Source: the human T2T-CHM13v2.0 reference genome, Homo sapiens
Assembly (NCBI RefSeq): GCF_009914755.1
Contig: NC_060926.1
Length of the DNA stretch: 64,000 nucleotides
Reading direction: 5' to 3' (one strand)
Shown here: positions 56,413 to 64,000 of the stretch, piece after piece
How the letters are laid out: each line of letters begins with the position of its first letter
Numbering within the stretch: the stretch's first letter is position 1
Made by a program: the position numbers and the translations under genes
Notes under the pieces: model-generated
The model's input: only the letters and a program-made list of their open reading frames with translations
What the model was told of the DNA's origin: nothing
Database searches by the model: none

Positions 56413-56844
56413 GCCTCTGTCCTTCACTGACTTCCTCTTCCTTACCCAGTGAGCCCTGGCTCCCCAGGAACTCACCCTGGGGTCAGGGCAGGGAGGAGGG
56501 GGCCCATCTACTGCTCTTCCCAGTCCTTGGCAGCTGGCCTAGGTGGGTAGACTACAGAAGGGACTGGTTAGGAGTCTGCACTGCTCTGGCTTTCCTCCCC
56601 TTGGTTAATAAACACAAATACTTGTTTCTCAAAATAAATAACATAAAAAAAGAAACAACATGCACTCAAATCCTTGTCTCAGGCTCTGCTTTGAGAGGAG
56701 TCCAAACTTAGACAGGGCACTGCATAAATAAAGGCTTATAAGCCAGAACTGAAAAACTGCATGAGGGGAAGAGGAGACAGAACTGGCTGGCATGAAAGCT
56801 TGAAGGACAGGTAGCCCCGAAGCTCCAGATTCCTGCTCTCCCCT

Positions 56845-57284
56845 TGTATCCATTTCCTAGGGCTGCTCAATGGCGTACCATGAACTGGGTGCCTTAGAAC
56901 ACGGAGGTTTGTCCTCCCAGAGTTCTGCATGCTGGGAGTTTGCAGTCGAGGTGTCAGCAAAGCCATGTCAGCTCTGAGGCTCTGGGAAGAATCTTCCTTG
57001 CCTCTCCCCAGCTTCTGGAGGTGCCAGCAGCCTGGCATCCCTTGGCTTGCAGCTGCACCACTGTGGTCGCTGCCTCTGCCCTCACCTGATGTTCTCACTT
57101 GGTGTATCTATCTGCATCTCTGTTTTCCCTTCTTATATAGACACCAGTCACCATATTAGGTTAGGGCCCATGCTAATTGAACATGACCTCATCTTAACTT
57201 GATTTCATGTGTAAGACTGATTTCAAGTAGGGTCACATTCTGAGGTTGACAGGAATTTTGGGTGGACACTCATCAACCTAGTAT
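56845..57284 (-). mobile_element. MLT1B/C-like LTR
   Basis: TGTATCCATTTCCTAGGGCTGC...GGGTCACATTCTGAGG...CAACC. Confidence 0.85.
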
Positions 57285-57989
57285 ATACCTACTTAAAACT
57301 AAACAAATCCTCAGCTTACTTGAAGGGGCTGGATGCCACGTGGCCCACATCTCCAGCGTGGGGTGGACGGTGTCGGGAGAGATGGAAAGGTGTGCCCTAG
57401 CTCTCTGACCAACTTGCTGTATTCAGAAGCTCACTCTGCCTCCCTGGCTTCAGTTCTCCAATCTGAATGGGATGAGTTGGACTCCCTGTTCTACACGTGG
57501 TGAGGATGCGATGGAGAAGGACCATACGAGGTGAGGAAATGGCCAAGGTGATCTCCAAGCCACCTCCCATTCAGCTAACCTGGGACTCAGCATTTCACCC
57601 TCACATCTTGGGTTGCCTGCTAGACCTGGTTTGTGAACCTCATCAAAATCTGGGCCGCACGTGCTCTTGGGCCTGGGGATGGGGCTGACTGTGGCACGAG
57701 GATCTGCTCATCCTTCTGCCATGTCGCTCAGAGATGGAAGGGAGGGGCAGGTTTCTCACTTTCGAAAGTGACAGCATCATTTCCTAATTATCACATTTGG
57801 AGGAACAGATGGAAAAGCATGTGGAGGAATTATGGGCTTCTTTAAAAGGGGGGGCATGTTTTCTAAAGAAAGTTGCCACGGAACATTTCCACCCAGTTGT
57901 CCTGAAAGCATTTGGGATTTGCAAGGCATTTAGTAAATAGGATGCTTTTTTACAGATGAGGAAACAGAAGTGGGTCAGGGGAGGCAGGA

Positions 57990-58160
57990 TGATTATTTAT
58001 TGAACACCTGCAGTGTGCCAAGCATCCTACAATATTAGTGGCTGAATATTTACAGCCACCCTGTGAGGTAGGTGTTATGATCTAAATTTCAAAAGCAAGA
58101 AAATGGAGGCTCCGCTGTTGAGAAGTGGAGCTGGGATTTGAACCCAGGACCATCGGCCCC
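57990..58160 (-). mobile_element. MIR
   Basis: ATTTATTGAACACCTGCAGTGTGCCAAGCA...GCTGGGATTTGAACCCAGG. Confidence 0.8.
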
Positions 58161-58261
58161 CAAAGACCCCTTCAGGGTTTGCCACAGGGAGGTGAATGCA
58201 CCCTGGGCCCTGCCCCGCTTGTGCCCCTGGACTGGTGCTCACAAGGTCCTAAAAAGCCCTG

Positions 58262-58990
58262 ACATAGTTCCTCACAAAGTTAAAGATAAAATTTCCATCT
58301 GACCCAGCAATTTTACTCCTAGATCTACACCCAGAAGAAGTGAAAGCAGGGACTCAAACAGATACTGGTATAGCAACATCCATAGCGACATCATTCACAA
58401 GAGCCAAAAGGTGGAAGCGAGCCAAGCGCCCATTGGCAGATGAGGGGATGGGCAAGGTGTGGTATACATATACGTATAATGGGGTAGAACAATGAGGTGC
58501 TGATACACGCTGCAACATCTGCGTGGTAAAACTTGAAGACATTACGCTAAGTGAAAGAAGCCAGACACAAAAGAACAAATATTGTGATTCCACTTCTGTG
58601 AGTACTTTCTGTCAGATTCTTAGACAGAAAGTAGAATGTTGGTTGCCAGGGGCTGGAGGGAGGGAGGGAATGGGGAGTGAATGTTTAATGGGTACAGAGT
58701 TTCACTTTGAGATAAAAACCTGCTAGAAATAAATAGTGGAGATATTTGTACACAGAATGTACTCACTGCCACTGAATTTTTCACTTAAAAATGGCTAAAA
58801 TGGGCTAGCATGGTGGCTCACACCTGTAATCCCAGCACTTTGGGGGGCTGAGGCAGGAGGATCGCTTGAGCCCAGGAGTTCGAGACCAGCATAGGCAACA
58901 AAGTGAGACCCTCGTCTCTGCAAAACAAACAAACAGGCAGACATGTTAAAATGGTGAATTTTTATGTTATGTACATTTTACCACAATGTT
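58262..58990 (+). mobile_element. L1MB-like 3' end containing an Alu monomer
   Basis: GACCCAGCAATTTTACTCCTAG...GAAAGCAGGGACTCAAACAGATA...TTATGTTATGTACATTTTACCACAAT. Confidence 0.88.
58802..58935 (+). mobile_element. FLAM_C-like Alu monomer
   Basis: GAGGATCGCTTGAGCCCAGGAGTTCGAGACCAGC; left arm only. Confidence 0.9.
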
Positions 58991-58999
58991 TTTGAAAGA

Positions 59000-59097
59000 A
59001 TGTGGAGCAACTGCAACTCTCATGTTTCATTGTTGGGGCAAAGCAAAATGGTGCAGCCACTTCGGAAAACAGCGGGCAGTTTCCTTTAAAGTTAAAC
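59000..59097 (+). mobile_element. L1M fragment, near-copy of 61018-61116
   Basis: ATGTGGAGCAACTGCAACTCTCATG...TAAAGTTAAAC. Confidence 0.8.
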
Positions 59098-59747
59098 CCT
59101 GGGCAGGCCAGATTCCTTGCAGAGCCTTGTGGGAGATTGGGCTAAGGACAGATGAATTCAGAAGCCCGTATCTGGGCCTGAAGCTTCTTGGAAGGAGTGA
59201 AAATTAGCTGGTCTTGAAGGAGGTGTGGATTTCATTGGCAGTTTTGGAGAAAGAAGGGCATCCCAGGGCCCTACAGAAGAGGCAGTCTGAGCCGAGTCTC
59301 AGAGTCAGGAGAGTGCAGGCCTGAAGATGGGTGTGCAAGAACTGCGGGGGTGCAGTGTGTGTGCAGGGCTGGGCATAGTCCATGTGGCTGGAGCCACAGG
59401 GCAGCACAATGGGGGATGAGGCCGAGAGGTAGACTGAAGGACTTTGAGTGCTGGATTGAGATCAGCACATTAACCAGAAAGTGCCTGTCTCCACCTGCAG
59501 TTGAACACAGGGGTACCAGCCGCATTGCATTACACAGAGACCCCTCCCCCAACAGAAATGGACATAAAGAATCGAAGCACTTAGGAATCCCACGTGATAG
59601 CGCTGATGGCCCTCCACCCTGTCCTCACTACCACCTGGTCTCATTGTCCTGAAATAGGTGTGTGAGGCTCGCCGTGCACCTCCCTTTACTTCCAGAGGCC
59701 TCTGCTGCCAAGACTGGTTCAAAGTCCTGCCATAAAGACAGACTGGC

Positions 59748-60064
59748 AGCCAGGCACGGTGGCTCACACCTGTAATCCTAGCACTTTGGGAGGCTCAGGC
59801 AGGTGGATCACTTGAGGTCAGGAGTTCGAGACCAGCCTGGCCAACATGGTGAAACCCCATCTCTACTAACAATACAAAAAAATTAGCCAGGCATAGTGGC
59901 ACATGCCTGTAATCCCAGCTGCTTGGGAGGCTGAGGCAGGAGAATTGCTTGAACCCAGGAGGCACAGGTTCCAGTTAGATGAGTCTGTGCCACTGCATTC
60001 CAGCCTGGGCAACAGAGCAAGACTCTTGTCTCAAAAAACAACAACAACAACAACAACAACAAAA
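59748..60064 (+). mobile_element. Alu (AluS-like) with (CAA)n tail
   Basis: Full dimer. Confidence 0.96.
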
Positions 60065-60899
60065 CACCACATTGGCTATTGGCTAGCAAGGACCGTTGCA
60101 GGTTTTCAAGTCCTTTTGATGGGCTGGGTCTTTAATAAGCCCATGGGTTAGGAAAGGAGGATTTGCTCCTGCCCAGGAATGACATTCATCAGCATGCAAG
60201 ACTTCCCTCATTTCGCCAATCACGAATGCTTCCAGCGTGCAGGCACTGTGCCCCCATCCCTACCCCTCATGTCTGTGTGACAAGTCACGGTCACAACATT
60301 TTTGCGCCTTATGTCCTTTGAGCCTCTCAGAAACACTGCCAGGGAACTATTATTGATTCCGTTTTACAGACGAGGAGAGTGCAGTTCTGAGTTGTGCCTC
60401 CAGTCCGGGTATTTTGATATTATAACTCCTTGCTCTTCTTACTACACAATTCCTCCTGGGTCTGGACCCAGCTGGCCTCTCTAGTCCGAAGTCCTCCTGG
60501 GGCCCTACTGGGTGATGTACATTCCCAAACACGGCTCGTAATATTTTCATCTGCACGCCTTTGCTTGTGCTTTTCCTTCTACCTGATTTGCTTTCCTCAT
60601 TTTAGTCTTTCAGGGATCAGCTCCTTCTTCAATGGGGACTTTCTGGAGTAGCCCCAAAGGGACAGGGCTTAGCTTCTTCTGATCACCTCCACTTTCCTCA
60701 GATCTCTCTCAGGGCCATGGCCATGGCCTGGAAGAACTTTTCCCACTCAATACACAGGAAGAGCCCTGAAGAGCCCTGGTCCCAACCAGGAGACCTCGGC
60801 TGGTGTCTTGGTTCTGATGGTCTCTACGTGTGGTCATGGCTGAGCCACCAATTTGCTCTGAGCTTCTGTTTTTGCCTCTGTAGCAGGTGAGGATAATGC

Positions 60900-61545
60900 T
60901 TGGCCATCCCAGGACAGATTTCAAATCAAAATGAGATGATGTACAATACACCTACCAGAATGGCTGAAAAGAGAAAAAACAAAGCAGAACCTTTGCCAAT
61001 TCCAAGCATTGACAAGGATGTGGAGCAACTGCAACTCTCATGCTTCACGGCCAGGACAATGCAAAATGGTGAAGCCACTATGGAAAACAGCTGGGCAGTT
61101 TCCTGTAAAGTTAAACATACAGTTATCATAAGATCCAATAATCTCACTCCTAGGTTCTGACCCAAGAGAACTGAATATTTATGTTGTCATAAAAACAAGT
61201 ATGTGAATGCTTATATGTGGCCTTACGCCTGATCTCCAAATACTAGATGCAACTTAAATGACCTTCAGCTGGCGACAGGATAAACAAATGGTGCATGGTG
61301 CACCCATGCAATGGAATATATTCCCTAGGAGAGTAAAACTATAGGAAGAGAAAATAATCACTGATTGCCAGGGGCTGCGGTGGACAGAGGGGTTCGCTAC
61401 GAAGGGGAGCAGGGGAATTTGGGGGTGATGAACTGTTCTGTGTATTGATTGCCCTGGTGGTTTCACGACTGTATGCGTTTGTCAAAACTCATAGAAATGT
61501 ATATTAAGAATGAATTTTCCTGTACGTAAATTATGCCCCAATTTA
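60900..61545 (+). mobile_element. L1M (MC/ME-like) 3' region
   Basis: ORF2 remnant SIDKDVEQLQLS...MENSWAVS; 3'UTR TTTGTCAAAACTCATAGAA. Confidence 0.8.
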
Positions 61546-62729
61546 AACCATGGAAATAATTAGAGGGTGGATGTGAGCACACTCTGGAGCTTTGGCAGAT
61601 GGGAGGAGTGAATATCTGCCATCACTAGCCTCATGTTGTTGACAGTGGGCATGGGATCAGATCCTCTCTCCCCTTCACCCCTCCTCACACACTAGGCTAG
61701 AGACTCTCCAGGGCAGAGTCCTTCTCAGATCTCTTCCCGGGCCCAGCACCCTGCAGGCACCTGGTGCTCAGGGAGCTCATGCTGACCACTGTTTGAAGAG
61801 ATTCCCGCTTGATAGTCTACCTGTCAAAACCCTCGGGTGTGAGGACCATCAGGGGAAGCACTTTTTCACCCCACGTGTATCTAAAATCAATGCAGAAGTG
61901 GGGCAAAGTGGAGAGGAAGGGAACATAGATGTAGAAAAGAATGAGGGCCAAATCTCACAGCTGACTCAGGCCTGAGTTTCCTGCTTGCTGCACCTTTCCA
62001 TCTACATGGGTGAGTCATGAAAGTAAGAAGAACCAGTTGCACCAAAGGGAGGCAAAGGGCATTAGCTGCCTTTTTCAACCTGCATTTGCAGACAGTGATT
62101 CCAGCTCCCCCTCCAAGCTTGGGGAAGACCCTTTGTTTTCTGGGCCTCAGTTTCCCCAGGTGGAAGAGGTAATGGAATAGGTGATGGCCAAACTCCTGGG
62201 ATTCTGGCCACCCCTGCTGCAAGCTCCTAGTGCCCAGAGTTCCACACATAGAGCTGCCATATGGCATCAACTCGCTCAATCTCAGATGTGTGGTTGAGGT
62301 TCGGGGACCGAGGTATGTCCGTGCTAATAGACTGTTACCCCTTCAGAAGCCTAGCGGAGTAGACTGTGAGCTGAATCTGGTGCTGAAGATGGTTACAGGC
62401 CTCAGCAGACAGATGTTTCTGCAGCTTCAAGCTCCTTCCTGAGAGAGAGCACTTCGGACATTTCCAAGATTTTTTGGGTGATCATCAAAGACCACATTTG
62501 CCTGGGAAAGCCAGAAATACCTTTGTTAAGGGGACAAATAACAAAGGGGCATGGCACATGCCACCGCAGTTCCTGTGGAAGGAGGAGAGCGAGGAGAATT
62601 GCCACGGATTGGGTGCCCGTTCTGTGCCAGAAAACTTCTCATGAGTTCCTTACATTCTTCTCTTTAGGTTAGACAAGCAGCCCTCACCAGGGCTCCCTCA
62701 ACAGTTCCTCCAAGTTCCAACCCAAACCC

Positions 62730-63270
62730 TCATGCTCTGAGCCTTCATCCTCTGTTTATCCTTCTCATGCATCACACACTCTCCCCAGGGGCACTGTCAC
62801 CCGGAGGCTGTAGGATCTCTGCCCATGATGCCGCAACCCCCCTGTCCAGCTCTCATCTCTCCTGACTGCTCCTGTCACCCTCCCTGCTGCCCAGGGTGCA
62901 CCATCCCGGGACGTCCCCTCCATAGGCTCTCCAAACCCAGCCTCTGACTCTCCCGTCTTCCCCTCTAGAACTTCCTAGCTCATGATGCTGTCCCCATCTT
63001 AGCAACTGTGCAAGCCAGAAACCTGGGCTTTATCCTTGCCACCTCCTGCTGGCCACATCTGCTCAAGTATCTCAGGATTCCTTCCCCATAGGTCTAGCAT
63101 CTCTCCACTTCTCTCCATCCCAGTTCCCTCTGCCATAGGTCTGGCCACATGTGCTTCTCACTGGGACTAGGATTCCAGCATGCCTCTAACTGGTGTGAAA
63201 CAGGGGTCGGATTATCTCTCTAAAAGGCTACTCTTGATCAATGGCTTCTCCAGCTAAATCTTCATCAAGG
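62730..63270 (+). mobile_element. L2 fragment
   Basis: CAAGCCAGAAACCTGGGCTTTATCCTTG...TCTCCACTTCTCTCCATCCC. Confidence 0.7.
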
Positions 63271-63809
63271 ACTGTCCTGGGGAGGCTTCTGCTTTTGTTC
63301 TAACACTCTCAGAGATTCTGATCCTGGGGTTGTGGATGGAGCCGAGGGAGCTCTCTTTGGGGGACCCTAGAGCATATCTAGGTTTAAAGTCGTTGGCCTG
63401 TGTAGCCCTTGCATATCATCCAGCCTTCTGCCCGGAGCTCCCAGGGCAGACTGCCTAGCTCTGGACACGGTATCCCACTGGGCACAGCTTCCTGGAGTGC
63501 ACCCTACATGCCCACACCACTTCGTGTACTGGGACACCTTTCTCCCCTCCTGCATCCCACAGGAGCCTGCACCTGGAGACCCAGGCTGTGCCTCAACTCC
63601 CTCCAGGAGCAACCTGGGCCCTCCCTGCTCAGTGCTGCACACACCCCTCTGGCAGAGTACTCACTCTCTGCCACGTCCAGCTACCAACCATGGCCCAAGC
63701 CCCTTCTAGTTAAGAACTCCGCCTTTCTTCTCTGAGCACCCAGCAAGAGTCGGAACAGCGCAGGTATTCAGTAAATATTGCCTTAAAAAGACAGTCTCTC
63801 CCAGCTTTC

Positions 63810-63995
63810 AGATTGTTACAAACATTTTATTGAAGTATAACATACATAGAGAAAGGTAGAAACTCTATGCATATGGCTCAATCCATGTTCACACAGGAAA
63901 CAGACTCGCGGATCCAGATCATGACGTGACCTGTACCCCAGCAGCTCCGCCTGCTCCCTCACTCACCATCTCCCAGCAAAGGCGGCTGCCCCTGC
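63810..63995 (-). mobile_element. L1M 3' end
   Basis: TTTTATTGAAGTATAACATACATAGAGAAAG. Confidence 0.7.
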
Positions 63996-64000
63996 CTTCT

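Larger units (their letters stand above)
55577..56631 (-). mobile_element. MER54/MER74-group-like LTR inserted in the LTR16-like element
   Basis: Minus strand begins TGAGAAACAAGTATTTGTGTTTATTAACCAAGGGGAGG; family tentative. Confidence 0.45.
55380..56714 (+). mobile_element. LTR16-like ERVL LTR, interrupted
   Basis: GGACACTTCTG...TTCCCAGTGCAACTGAGCCC, resuming TGCACTCAAATCCTTGTCTCAGGCTCTGCTTTG...AACTTAGACA. Confidence 0.7.

Overview
Primate (human-like) genomic DNA, about 50% GC, with no recognisable protein-coding exon, RNA gene or prokaryotic feature. It reads as intronic or intergenic sequence. The six-frame ORFs come from Alu, L1, simple repeats or chance. A large share of the window is interspersed repeat: about 15 Alu/FLAM/FRAM copies (many with target-site duplications, TSDs), dense MIR and L2 fragments, L1 3' ends, MaLR/ERVL LTRs (THE1, MLT1, MLT2, LTR16-like) and DNA transposons (MER82 x2, MER58A, MER20, MER1B, MER5, MER91). 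Several of these form nested insertion stacks. Between the repeats lie AT-rich blocks dense in homeodomain (TAAT/ATTA) sites, plus a weak CpG cluster with a CTCF-like motif; these look like developmental enhancers. The most unusual structures are a 117-bp inverted duplication inside an MLT2 LTR (52134-52403) and a three-copy alternating TTAATCAGAG palindrome (41084-41134). I cannot identify the locus, and I found no evidence for a new multi-gene system. Repeat family names come from recalled consensus sequences and should be confirmed with RepeatMasker/Dfam; boundaries of old repeats are approximate.
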